From NCBI GenBank assembly GCA_905480475.1, contig CAJQQO010000111.1, forward strand, positions 1-44,886: DNA of 44,886 bases. The letters are read 5' to 3'. The DNA is from an uncultured Pseudomonadales bacterium (lineage in GTDB: Bacteria > Pseudomonadota > Gammaproteobacteria > Pseudomonadales > UBA7434). A program made the position numbers and the translations under genes. The notes under the pieces are model-generated. The model saw only the letters and a program-made list of their open reading frames with translations, searched no databases and was not told the DNA's origin. Positions 18,973 to 28,732 of the stretch are shown here, one piece after another. Within the stretch, counting starts at the first letter, position 1; the number at the start of each line of letters is the position of its first letter.

Positions 18973-20040
18973 CTAACTTTGTTGGCTTTTCAACTCGCTG
19001 TGGGTTTTATCCAACAGATTTTGACTTGTTTTTACTTTATTTAATATTTGTCTTAAGGACATTAAGTCCATCGCTTTATGCCGATTTTCGCTGGCGATTT
19101 GCGCAAGATATTTACCGTGTTCGAAAAATATTTTGTAAGCATCAAATACCGAATATTTGGGATCAAACATATGAGTAGGCAGTGATGAAATCCCATTCAC
19201 TTCAATCACTACAAACTCGCCGCGCTGCAAAGCCGCTTTGTCTTGGCACTTAACATCCAAGCGGCCAAAATTCACATCGGGCTGATTATTAAAAATACTA
19301 AAAACAGCTTCCTCTATCTCAGCCGTTAACCAATTGCTATCGTCAGTAAATTTACAACCCAAGGTATGAGAGCCTATAAAGGATAAACAAATCTCTTCGC
19401 CATTGGCGGGAACACGATCAGTATCAAAATAGCGTAAGAAAGCACTCCAATGATGGGTATAACGATAATGATTTTTCGCTAACGTTAACAAGCTATCAAT
19501 GCCGTTACCCACTACGGTGGGAAAATGTTTTTGATTGATGCCAGTAATTTTTGCCTTACCATTTTGGCGCACATAAAATATACCCGCTTCAAACTGATAC
19601 GGGGTAAATTTTTGCAGCAGAAATACGCCGGATAATTTATCGATACAAGCATTTAATTCATCAGCAGCATCTATCTTAATAATGCCTTTACCCACCATAC
19701 CAATATCCGGCTTAAGAATAACCGGGTAACCGTGTTCCGCTGCAAAATGCTCAATCGCTTGGCGTTTATCATTAACACTAAGATCTTCAGCCAAACAACT
19801 GGTGGGCAAAAACAATTGCTGATCAAACTGCAATTGGGTATGGAATTTTGAACCGATGCCAATTTCACCGTGATCCAAGGCCGAATTCGCTTTGGCTAAA
19901 TCGCTAATACGCAGGCGGTTAATCAAGCACTGGCCGACCAGATAAAAATAAAACGGCAGTTCAAAAATGCGTGGATGCCAAAATTCATATGGCTTAAGCC
20001 AGGTTTTTTTCAAAAGATTACTCTGTTTTTTTATGTTCAA
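18973..20040 (-). CDS. ATP-grasp-fold carboxylate-amine ligase-like protein of unknown substrate
   Basis: YPVILKPDIG..GKGI, LQKF, FGRLDVK and VIEVNG match ATP-grasp nucleotide/metal motifs. Confidence 0.7.
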   Translation of the reverse strand: MNIKKQSNLLKKTWLKPYEFWHPRIFELPFYFYLVGQCLINRLRISDLAKANSALDHGEIGIGSKFHTQLQFDQQLFLPTSCLAEDLSVNDKRQAIEHFAAEHGYPVILKPDIGMVGKGIIKIDAADELNACIDKLSGVFLLQKFTPYQFEAGIFYVRQNGKAKITGINQKHFPTVVGNGIDSLLTLAKNHYRYTHHWSAFLRYFDTDRVPANGEEICLSFIGSHTLGCKFTDDSNWLTAEIEEAVFSIFNNQPDVNFGRLDVKCQDKAALQRGEFVVIEVNGISSLPTHMFDPKYSVFDAYKIFFEHGKYLAQIASENRHKAMDLMSLRQILNKVKTSQNLLDKTHSELKSQQS

Positions 20041-20328
20041 TATTGTGATTGCTATGCGTCATTAGGCTTGTCGTATGCCAACCACCAGCGCCAGCGGAAT
20101 TAGACTATAAATAGCTGGCCGGTTCCATGCTCATATACAGGCCAAAGACACAAATTCTGCCGCCTGCGAGCAATATACCGACACTATTGGGGAGCGAATC
20201 AATTATGTTAACAATAGGGCAAGAAATGGTAGCATTAGGACCTTTAAATCCAGCCGACGCGACAAAACCAATAATTATCGCCTGCTGAACAGCTCCGGCT
20301 CCCAATTAGCACAAATGCGAGTAAAAAT

Positions 20329-21762
20329 ATGTCTTTTGACCAACAAGTCGAAGCAGTAGTCAGACCGTTAGCCAGCGGATTGTCGGATATTATATTTTAT
20401 AAGTGGCATCTATTTGGTCAGGATATTCCACTGATCGTATTATGGCTGGCCGTCGCAGCAGTATTTTTCACCTGCTATATGGGCATGGTCAATATACGAG
20501 GCTTTTCCCAAGCGCTAAAAATATTGTCTGGCGAGCGCAGTAAAGCGGCAAGCTCTGGCGAGATCTCGCACTTTCAAGCACTATCAACCGCCGTCTCAGG
20601 CACGGTGGGTGTGGGTAATATCGGCGGTGTCGCGGTGGCAATAACAATTGGCGGCCCCGGTGCAGCCTTTTGGTTAATTGCCGCTGGCTTTCTGGCAATG
20701 TCGACCAAATTTGTGGAATGTACCTTAGGTGTTAAATATCGCCGCATTAATGCCGATGGCTCGGTATCAGGAGGCCCCATGTATTATCTGGAGCGCTTTC
20801 TGGCCGATCGCAACTGGCCCATTGCCGGCAAAATGTTAGGCAGCTTTTATGCGCTAGCGCTGGTTATCGGCTGCTTTGGTATCGGCAATATGTTTCAGTC
20901 CAACCAAGCCTATGTGCAGATCGTCAATATCACTGGCGGCGAGCAAAGCTTTTTTGCCGATAAAGGCTGGCTGTTTGGTTTGATCATCGCAGCTGTGGTG
21001 GCAGTGGTTATTATTGGCGGTATTCGTTCTATCGCACAGGTTGCTGCAAAAATTGTCCCTACCATGGCCGTGTTATATCTTGTCTCAGCACTGGTTATTA
21101 TTGCGATGAGCGTCGAGCATTTGCCCGGCGCCATTCGATTAATTGTTAGTAGCGCATTTACCACTGAAAGCGTTACCGGCGGCATGATTGGCGCCATGAT
21201 AGTCGGCTTTCAACGCGCACTATTTTCTAACGAAGCCGGTATAGGCTCGGCAGCGATTGCCCACTCGGCAGTTAAAACCGATGAGCCAATATCAGAAGGC
21301 TTAGTGTCACTGTTAGAACCGTTTATCGATACTATTGTTATCTGCACAATAACGTCCTTAGTTATTGTCACCACCGCCTACCCTAACGGCTTAATGGATA
21401 GCAGCTTGGGGCTAGAAGGTATTGCATTAACATCGGCAGCCTTTGCCCACCATATTAGCTGGGCGCCAATTCCACTCGGCATTGCGGCATTGTTGTTTGC
21501 CTTTTCTACCACTATCGCCTGGTCATACTATGGATTAAAAGGCTGGACGTATTTATTTGGCGAAGGCGCTATTACGCAATTGATATTTAAAGGCGTGTTT
21601 TGTTTGTTTGTCGCGCTAGGCTGCATGATACAACTCAGCGCGGTACTGGATTTCTCGGATGCCATGGTATTTTTAATTGCCGTACCGAACATTATTGGCT
21701 TGTACCTCTACGCGCCGGAAATCAAACGTGATTTAAATAACTATTTACAAAAATATTCCTAG
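20329..21762 (+). CDS. Alanine/glycine:cation symporter (AGCS, AlsT-like)
   Basis: SHFQAL, GTVGVGNI, GGPGAAFW, GGPMYY, FSNEAGIGSA, PFIDTIVIC. Confidence 0.93.
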   Translation: MSFDQQVEAVVRPLASGLSDIIFYKWHLFGQDIPLIVLWLAVAAVFFTCYMGMVNIRGFSQALKILSGERSKAASSGEISHFQALSTAVSGTVGVGNIGGVAVAITIGGPGAAFWLIAAGFLAMSTKFVECTLGVKYRRINADGSVSGGPMYYLERFLADRNWPIAGKMLGSFYALALVIGCFGIGNMFQSNQAYVQIVNITGGEQSFFADKGWLFGLIIAAVVAVVIIGGIRSIAQVAAKIVPTMAVLYLVSALVIIAMSVEHLPGAIRLIVSSAFTTESVTGGMIGAMIVGFQRALFSNEAGIGSAAIAHSAVKTDEPISEGLVSLLEPFIDTIVICTITSLVIVTTAYPNGLMDSSLGLEGIALTSAAFAHHISWAPIPLGIAALLFAFSTTIAWSYYGLKGWTYLFGEGAITQLIFKGVFCLFVALGCMIQLSAVLDFSDAMVFLIAVPNIIGLYLYAPEIKRDLNNYLQKYS

Positions 21763-21838
21763 GGTTTTTAAACAAAGCACCTTATAAAGCCGCCATATAA
21801 AAACGACTATATGAACTTGACAACATGAACCTAAGAAC

Positions 21839-23218
21839 ATGAAAGCCACGACACTATCACCTATTGATAACAGCATTGTTTTTGAGCAAGCCTTTGCCGA
21901 CCAGCAGCTTATCGACAGCAGCATAAAAAGTTCACGTGCCGCGCAGGCAGAATGGGCCGCCTTGTCTGTTCAACAACGCGCGGCAATTTGTCGTTCGGCA
22001 GTTAATTATTTTACCGAAAACAAAACTGCCATTGGTGAAGATATTACCCGACAAATGGGTAGGCCTATTCGCTATAGCGCTAATGAAGTTAACGGTGTAC
22101 AAGAGCGTGCGCTACATATGATTGATATCGCACCACAAGCATTAGCCGATATTAATATTGAAGATAGTGAACGTTGCAAAAGACTGATTCGCAAAACGCC
22201 GCTAGGCGTGGTATTTGTTGTAGCACCATGGAACTACCCTTTACTCACAACGGTTAACTCGGTATTCCCCGCACTGATGGCGGGTAATAGCGTTATTATC
22301 AAGCCCTCCGTACAGACTCCACTGGTCGGTGAACACTTTACCCGCAGTTTTGAACAAGCGGGCGCGCCCGCGGGTTTAGTCCAAGCCTTATGCCTTAATC
22401 ACGGTAGCACCTCGGAGCTATTAGCTAGCGGTGATATCGACTACTGTTGCTTTACCGGCTCAGTTAATGCCGGACAAAAAATTGAAGCCGCTATTGCTGG
22501 GACGTTTAAAGGTTTAACTTTAGAGTTGGGAGGCAAAGACCCGGCCTATGTTTGCGAAGACGCGCCGCTAGAAAAAACCGTTAGTGAATTGGTTGACGGC
22601 GCATTTTTTAATTCCGGACAATCATGCTGCGGTATTGAACGAATCTATGTTGCCAAAAGCCGCTATCAGGATTTTGTTGAAGCCTATATTAATGAAGTAA
22701 AACAATACCACCTAGGTAATCCCTTAGATCATGCAACAACATTAGGGCCGCTAGTTCGCGCCGATGCTGCAGATTGGGTACGCAAGCAAAATCAACAAGC
22801 TATCGCTGCCGGCGCCACCGGCTGTATCGATAGCAAAGCGTTTACTATGGACGATGGCAGCTCAGCCTATTTGGCTCCGCAAGTATTGATTAACGTTGAC
22901 CACAGCATGAGTGTTATGTCTGAAGAAAGCTTTGGCCCAACGGTTGGTATTATGCCGGTTAGCGATGATGCCGAAGCTGTTGCGCTAATGAATGATAGCG
23001 ACTTTGGATTAACCGCTTCAATCTGGGGCCAAGATCTTGGTCGCATTGAACAACTGGGAAATCAAATACAAGCTGGCACGATATTTATGAACCGCTGTGA
23101 TTATCTTGATCCGGCACTAGTTTGGACTGGCGTTAAAAATACTGGCCGTGGCGCAAGCCTATCGCAGCTAGGTTATAACGCTTTTGTACAGCCAAAATCC
23201 TTTTTACTGCAAAACTAA
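21839..23218 (+). CDS. Aldehyde dehydrogenase
   Basis: PWNYP, FTGS, LELGGKDP, catalytic Cys in GQSCCG, EESFGP, NRCDYLDPAL. Confidence 0.93.
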   Translation: MKATTLSPIDNSIVFEQAFADQQLIDSSIKSSRAAQAEWAALSVQQRAAICRSAVNYFTENKTAIGEDITRQMGRPIRYSANEVNGVQERALHMIDIAPQALADINIEDSERCKRLIRKTPLGVVFVVAPWNYPLLTTVNSVFPALMAGNSVIIKPSVQTPLVGEHFTRSFEQAGAPAGLVQALCLNHGSTSELLASGDIDYCCFTGSVNAGQKIEAAIAGTFKGLTLELGGKDPAYVCEDAPLEKTVSELVDGAFFNSGQSCCGIERIYVAKSRYQDFVEAYINEVKQYHLGNPLDHATTLGPLVRADAADWVRKQNQQAIAAGATGCIDSKAFTMDDGSSAYLAPQVLINVDHSMSVMSEESFGPTVGIMPVSDDAEAVALMNDSDFGLTASIWGQDLGRIEQLGNQIQAGTIFMNRCDYLDPALVWTGVKNTGRGASLSQLGYNAFVQPKSFLLQN

Positions 23219-23230
23219 AATAATAATAAG

Positions 23231-23965
23231 ATGAATAAATCAATCCATATAGGTATTTTGCGCGCGGACGATATCATACCCGAACTCTCCGAAGGTCATG
23301 GACAGTACCCCGAAATGTTTGAGCGCCTGTTACTGGCGGCTAATGCGCTACGTGGCGATCAACAGTTGTCACTGCGCTTTAGTAGTTATGCAATTAATCA
23401 CGGTGTCTACCCAAAAGATATTGATGAAGTGGATGCCTATATTCTTACCGGCAGTAAAAATAGCGTTTACGACAATCTTGATTGGATAAAGAACTTACAA
23501 CCCTATGTCCAAAAATTGCATGCGCGTAAAAAGAAATTAGTAGGCATTTGTTTTGGCCATCAAATGGTGGCGCAAGCACTAGGTGGTCAAACAGAAAAAT
23601 CAGACAAGGGCTGGGGTATAGGTGTCAAAGACACCTATTTTAAACCAGCGGCAAAAAATACCAATTTTAATGCCGATTCTTATCGGATTATTTATAGCCA
23701 TCAGGATCAAGTAAGCGTCGCCCCACCGGGCAGTACCGTATTAGCAGCAAATGAATTTTGCCCTATCGCGATGACCGCGATAGGTGATCATATTCTTACC
23801 TTTCAGGGGCACCCGGAATTTAGTATTGATTTTACCCGCACAGTTTTTGATTTTCGAAAGATGTTATATCCAGAAGAGTTGTATAACACGGCGATGAAAT
23901 CTTTAGACGGAGAAGTCGATACCTTAAAGATTGCCAATTGGATGATTGATTTTATTGCCAGTTAA
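23231..23965 (+). CDS. Stand-alone class I glutamine amidotransferase (possible gamma-glutamyl hydrolase)
   Basis: Cys-His-Glu triad in GICFGHQ and FQGHPE; no synthase domain. Confidence 0.88.
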   Translation: MNKSIHIGILRADDIIPELSEGHGQYPEMFERLLLAANALRGDQQLSLRFSSYAINHGVYPKDIDEVDAYILTGSKNSVYDNLDWIKNLQPYVQKLHARKKKLVGICFGHQMVAQALGGQTEKSDKGWGIGVKDTYFKPAAKNTNFNADSYRIIYSHQDQVSVAPPGSTVLAANEFCPIAMTAIGDHILTFQGHPEFSIDFTRTVFDFRKMLYPEELYNTAMKSLDGEVDTLKIANWMIDFIAS

Positions 23966-23996
23966 TTTTTATTGCTCAGCTAAAAAATCCGCATTT

Positions 23997-24818
23997 CTAA
24001 TACGGCTTATCACCATCAATAGTAATTCTCTCTAAACAACGATGCGCGGGAAAATAATCGTTAATCGGTTTATGTTGCGTACTGCGGTTATCCCAAATCG
24101 CAATGCAGTTTGGCTGCCAAGCAAAACGGCAAGTAAACTCCGGCGTTTTAACATGCTCATATAAAAAGCCCAACACCGCGGCACTTTCCTGCTTGCTTAG
24201 CCCAACAATATGGGTAGTAAATAACTCGTTAACAAATATCACCGACTTACCACTTTCCGGATGCTTGCGAATAACCGGATGAGTCACCGGTGGATTATCA
24301 ATAAGCGCTTGCGCAAGCCGCTCACGACCACCCGGCTCGGCAAGACTTTCTTTAAATCCATAAGAAAAATCATGCACTGCTTCCAAACCCGATAAAAAAC
24401 TTTTCATCGCGGCGGATAGCTCATCATAGGCAGTGGTCATACTTGCCCACAAAGTGTCGCCACCTTTTTCAGGAATGATTTTTGAACGCAGAATAGTGCC
24501 TAACGGTGGATGCTGACGAAAGGTCATATCGCTATGCCAGCACTCTATTTTAGTCGGCTTGTCGGCGGTGCTTTCCAAAATAGTGATTTCAGGAAAACCC
24601 TCAACCGTACCGTAAGCCGGATGTGTTTGCAGCGGGCCAAACGATTCAGCCAAGGCTTTTTGCTGGGCAGGCGATATATCCTGATCACGAAAAAAAATCA
24701 CTTCGTGCTCAACTAATAATTGTCGAATTGCCTGATAGCTGGCCGCATCAATATCGGCGGTTAAATCGATACCGCTTATTTCCGCGCCCAAGGCACCCGC
24801 TAATAACTGCACTTGCAT
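23997..24818 (-). CDS. TauD/TfdA-family Fe(II)/2-oxoglutarate dioxygenase
   Basis: LGAEISGIDL, WHSDMTF (HxD), GGDTLW, HPVIRKHP, WDNRSTQH. Confidence 0.92.
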   Translation of the reverse strand: MQVQLLAGALGAEISGIDLTADIDAASYQAIRQLLVEHEVIFFRDQDISPAQQKALAESFGPLQTHPAYGTVEGFPEITILESTADKPTKIECWHSDMTFRQHPPLGTILRSKIIPEKGGDTLWASMTTAYDELSAAMKSFLSGLEAVHDFSYGFKESLAEPGGRERLAQALIDNPPVTHPVIRKHPESGKSVIFVNELFTTHIVGLSKQESAAVLGFLYEHVKTPEFTCRFAWQPNCIAIWDNRSTQHKPINDYFPAHRCLERITIDGDKPY

Positions 24819-24904
24819 TGTATTACTCTCGTTATTTATTTTTTTATTATTATTGTTAAGGTATTTAATCTATTCAATTAAATAGCCCTGCTGACAACTC
24901 ATAC

Positions 24905-26629
24905 TTAAGCCTTAATAAGCTTGGCATAATCATCTCTGACCTGTTTTTTCAGAATCTTATTAGCCGGATTTCTTGGTAATGGCTTGTCAAGCAACCAGTA
25001 ATGCGTAGGCACTTTAAAATGCGCTAAGCGATCTTTGGCAAAGGCTTTAAGCTCAGCTTCGTCGGCTGACTTACCTTCTTTAAAATAGACCGCCAAACCT
25101 AACTCTTCACCTAAGGTATCATGCGCTACCGCAAAGGCCGCAGATTCTCTAACCGCAGGATGATCTTGATAACAGCCTTCAACCTCACCGGCAGAAATAT
25201 TTTCACCGCCACGAATAATAATATCTTTGGCTCGATCAACAATAAAAACAAAACCTTCGTCATCGATATAACCAATATCGCCGGTAGCAAACCAGCCATC
25301 TACAAAACTTTTAGCGCTGGCTTCAGGGTTATTCCAGTAACCATCAACAACGCCAGCGCTGCGTAACCATATCTCGCCTTTTTCTCCAGTCGCTAAATCC
25401 ATACCGCTTTCATCACAGGTTTTAAATTCCATCACCGGTGATAAGGTGCCAGAGCTGCGCGGCTTATACCAATAACCTGCGCCCGTCACACTACAGCAAC
25501 TGGCATTGGTTTCTGTTAATCCATAACCACTACCCGGATACGGCGAAGCAATTTTTTCTTTAACTAACTGCAGCATACGCGGCGGACTTGCTGCGCCACC
25601 ACCACTTGCAACCATAAGACTGGCGGTATCGGTGGAATCAAAGTCAGGATGATCCAGTAAATCCAATACCATCGAGGGCGCAGCACTAAGCGTCGTAATA
25701 CGCTCTGACTCGATAAGCGCCAAGGCTTTTGCCGGATCCCATTTATACATCATATGTATTGCTCGACCACCACGCAGCGACAGTAGAAACTGCGCGTATA
25801 AACCTGACACATGAAATAGCGGTACGGCTAATAATGATTTTGAAGCAAAGCCACTAGTCATCATTTTTTCAATCGCTTCACCATTGGTCATGGCCGATTG
25901 AGTGGCGTGAAATTCAAAGTTCATTAACACTTGAGTGATATTGCGATGATAACTTAAAGCGCCCTTGGGCTTACCAGTAGTCCCCGAAGTATAGAGAATC
26001 ATCGCCGGATCTTCAGGCTTAATTTCAAAGCTAAATTCATCAAGCGCGGGAACACTTTTTAATTCTAGAGCGGAAAGAAACTGCTCATAACTTTCGGCAT
26101 ATTCGGAATTAATATCGGCAGTAGGTCTGACAACAACTGCTTTAGCATTAATAGCATTTAGATCACTGGCAATAAAATCAAAACGCTGTTGATCACAGAA
26201 TACAACGCTTGCACCGCAATCTTGCAAAGCGTAAAGCAATTCATCACGCTGGCCCCAACTATTAATCGGCACGGCCACGGCACCGATAGAAATTGCCGCC
26301 GCAAAAGCCATCATCCACTCGGGATAATTACGCATAGCAATCGCAACACGATCACCCTTGGCAATACCGTAGTGATGGATAAGTTGATAGGCAATAGCAT
26401 CAACACCTTGAAAAAATTCGCTAAAGGTCCAGCTTTGGTCTTGATACTGCAAAAATAATGCATCGCCATGATGGCGGCCTACAGCAAGCGACTCTCTTAC
26501 TGTTGCCGGTGCATTTTTATAAAGCTTATAAACAATGCCGTTATAGCTTTGTTCGTAAAGCTCAAATGGCGCGCCCGCTTGAATAAGTTGGTCACGGGAT
26601 TCGGCAAGCTGTGCAACAATATCAGACAT
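24905..26629 (-). CDS. Class I adenylate-forming enzyme (acyl-CoA ligase)
   Basis: YTSGTTGKPKG, PLFHV, GYGLTE, ATGD, DRAKDIIIRGGENI, terminal Lys in NKILK. Confidence 0.93.
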   Translation of the reverse strand: MSDIVAQLAESRDQLIQAGAPFELYEQSYNGIVYKLYKNAPATVRESLAVGRHHGDALFLQYQDQSWTFSEFFQGVDAIAYQLIHHYGIAKGDRVAIAMRNYPEWMMAFAAAISIGAVAVPINSWGQRDELLYALQDCGASVVFCDQQRFDFIASDLNAINAKAVVVRPTADINSEYAESYEQFLSALELKSVPALDEFSFEIKPEDPAMILYTSGTTGKPKGALSYHRNITQVLMNFEFHATQSAMTNGEAIEKMMTSGFASKSLLAVPLFHVSGLYAQFLLSLRGGRAIHMMYKWDPAKALALIESERITTLSAAPSMVLDLLDHPDFDSTDTASLMVASGGGAASPPRMLQLVKEKIASPYPGSGYGLTETNASCCSVTGAGYWYKPRSSGTLSPVMEFKTCDESGMDLATGEKGEIWLRSAGVVDGYWNNPEASAKSFVDGWFATGDIGYIDDEGFVFIVDRAKDIIIRGGENISAGEVEGCYQDHPAVRESAAFAVAHDTLGEELGLAVYFKEGKSADEAELKAFAKDRLAHFKVPTHYWLLDKPLPRNPANKILKKQVRDDYAKLIKA

Positions 26630-26674
26630 ATTATGATTGTTTCCTGATGGTCAATTAAATTTGTTTTTACTCAG

Positions 26675-26707
26675 TAAAAAGCCGGCTATAGATTAGCCGG
26701 CTTTTTA
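26675..26707. terminator. Bidirectional intrinsic terminator
   Basis: TAAAAAGCCGGCTA-TAGAT-TAGCCGGCTTTTTA: GC-rich stem with A/T tracts on both sides. Confidence 0.85.
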
Positions 26708-26777
26708 GTTTCCGCTTTACTTATCCAACGCTGCCGATATTAGCCAGCGCTGTCGATAGTCGGTCTAAACAGCACTA

Positions 26778-28514
26778 CTAGGCAACCGCAGGCGATTGCT
26801 TAGCACCACGGACCAAGGCTCCGGGTCTTGCATCGGTTTCAATACCGTCGTGCATAATAACCTCACCAGATACCAAGGTATATTTATAACCGTCGGCTTT
26901 TTGGAATACACGTTTGCCGCCAGCTGGCAGGTCGTATATTACCTCGGGAGCGAGCACATTTAAATTGTCATAGTCGATCACATTGATATCGGCTCGCATA
27001 CCCACCTCTAGCGTGCCGCGATCAGATAGATTAACCGCTCGCGCCGTGTCATGCGTATGCATTTTAACCGCTTGTTCAATAGAAAAGCGTTGACGCTTTC
27101 GGTCTCTAGTGAAGTGACTAAGCAAAAATGTCGGCATCGACGCATCCGATAATACACCACAATGCGCGCCAGTATCGGCCAAGCTAATCACCGAGTTTTC
27201 GTCACTTAGCATTTCAAACTGACGATCAAGGTTGCCCGCATCGTAACCCATGAATGGGAAGTAGATCATCGCCTTGCCATCGCGCTTTAATAAAGCATCG
27301 TAAGCGTACTCTTGCGGTGTCACACCAGCCGCTTCAGCCTTAGCGGCGATACTTTGATCTGGCGATTGCTCGTAGTCCGGCTCTTCACCTAACTCATACA
27401 TCAGATGGAAATCCGTCACCATACGATCGGCAGTTTCAATGCCCATCGAAGGCGTTGGCTCAGCCAAAATTGCTGCACGCACCTCAGGGTCATTCAGTTT
27501 GGCTATACGCTCTTCGGGGCTTAAAAGCATTAATGGGCCAAAGTTTTGATGCAGAAAAAACGGATGCACAGTACCGTGATAGCTCATCAATACATTGACC
27601 GGTCTAGCACCAACATGGGCCATTAACTGCGCGCCTTCGCTATTGGCTTGTCGAACAAATTCTAACTGCTCTTTAACACGATCCCATTGATCAGCCCTTT
27701 GATAAAACAAGACAAAATTAAATCGGCACTTATTTTCAATCGATAGACGTTTCATCCATTCCATTTCGTCGCGCCAAGCATCGTCTTCCCAATCAGAAAC
27801 CATGCCGTAAAAACCTTTACCTAACTCACCGATCTTTTTACCAATACCAAACAGCTCGTCTTCTTCTGAGTAAGTGCCCGGCATTGATAAGCCGTTACGG
27901 GTTTTATGCAACTCGGTACGTGAAGTAGTAAAACCCACACCACCCGCATCAATACCCTCACCCACTAGCTTCGCCATGGCTTCAACATCTTCGGGTGTTG
28001 CGCGCTCGTTATTTGCGCCGCGATCGCCCATAACATAAGTACGAATCGCACAATGCGGTACTTGTGCTGCAATATTAATGGCCCGTGGAATTTCATCCAA
28101 GGCATCCAAATATTCAGGAAAGGTTTCCCAATTCCATTTAATACCTTCTACCAAAGCAGTCCCGGGAATATCTTCAACATCTTCGACGACTTCAATTAAT
28201 TGCTGGTGCGCCAGTTCAGTTGGCTTGCAAGGAGCAAAACCAATACCGCAGTTACCCATAACCAACGTCGTTATACCGTGGTGATTGGCGGGGCTGCAAA
28301 ACGGATCCCAAGTTGCCTGGCCATCCATATGCGAGTGGGTATCAACCCAACCCGGCGCTACCAGATAGCCGGTTGCATCCAGTTCTTTTTTCGCTGCGCC
28401 ACTAATCTGACCAATCTCGGCAACAACGCCATCCTGAATCGCGATATCACCAACAAAAGCATCTTTGCCCGTGCCATCAACAATTCGGCCGTTTTTAATA
28501 ATTAAGTCGTACAT
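26778..28514 (-). CDS. N-acyl-D-amino-acid deacylase family amidohydrolase
   Basis: MYDLIIKNGRIVDGTG, PGWVDTHSHMD, GITTLVMGNCG, ADTGAH, DRGTL..G..AD. ATG at 28514 gives the typical N-terminus. Confidence 0.9.
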   Translation of the reverse strand: MYDLIIKNGRIVDGTGKDAFVGDIAIQDGVVAEIGQISGAAKKELDATGYLVAPGWVDTHSHMDGQATWDPFCSPANHHGITTLVMGNCGIGFAPCKPTELAHQQLIEVVEDVEDIPGTALVEGIKWNWETFPEYLDALDEIPRAINIAAQVPHCAIRTYVMGDRGANNERATPEDVEAMAKLVGEGIDAGGVGFTTSRTELHKTRNGLSMPGTYSEEDELFGIGKKIGELGKGFYGMVSDWEDDAWRDEMEWMKRLSIENKCRFNFVLFYQRADQWDRVKEQLEFVRQANSEGAQLMAHVGARPVNVLMSYHGTVHPFFLHQNFGPLMLLSPEERIAKLNDPEVRAAILAEPTPSMGIETADRMVTDFHLMYELGEEPDYEQSPDQSIAAKAEAAGVTPQEYAYDALLKRDGKAMIYFPFMGYDAGNLDRQFEMLSDENSVISLADTGAHCGVLSDASMPTFLLSHFTRDRKRQRFSIEQAVKMHTHDTARAVNLSDRGTLEVGMRADINVIDYDNLNVLAPEVIYDLPAGGKRVFQKADGYKYTLVSGEVIMHDGIETDARPGALVRGAKQSPAVA

Positions 28515-28732
28515 AAAAAGCCTCAATAAAAGCATCTAAAATCATTTAAAAAACTGCAGCAACTTGGCGATCAATTCACCTTGGAGCCAGCGATATGCAG
28601 CTCCAAACCAAGCACAGTAATCGCGCAATGCTACCCGAAAAACGTCTGTCACTGCCATGAGCAATTGGCAATCTTGGTCGAATGACTTGCCAATCTTTAT
28701 ACGTGTAAAATTTATTTGTAAGTGACTGATAT

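Noticed and set aside
20041-20328. Possible glycine riboswitch upstream of the AGCS symporter; also the 66-aa ORF at 20105-20305
   Set aside because: The GGAGA / CCGAAG / CTCAGG aptamer elements are not visible, and the ORF has no supporting features.
28581-28694. Inverted repeats TTGGAGC/GCTCCAA and ATTGGCAA/TTGCCAAT upstream of the deacylase; possible sigma54 site
   Set aside because: The arms are short, and the GG-N10-GC spacing is not met.
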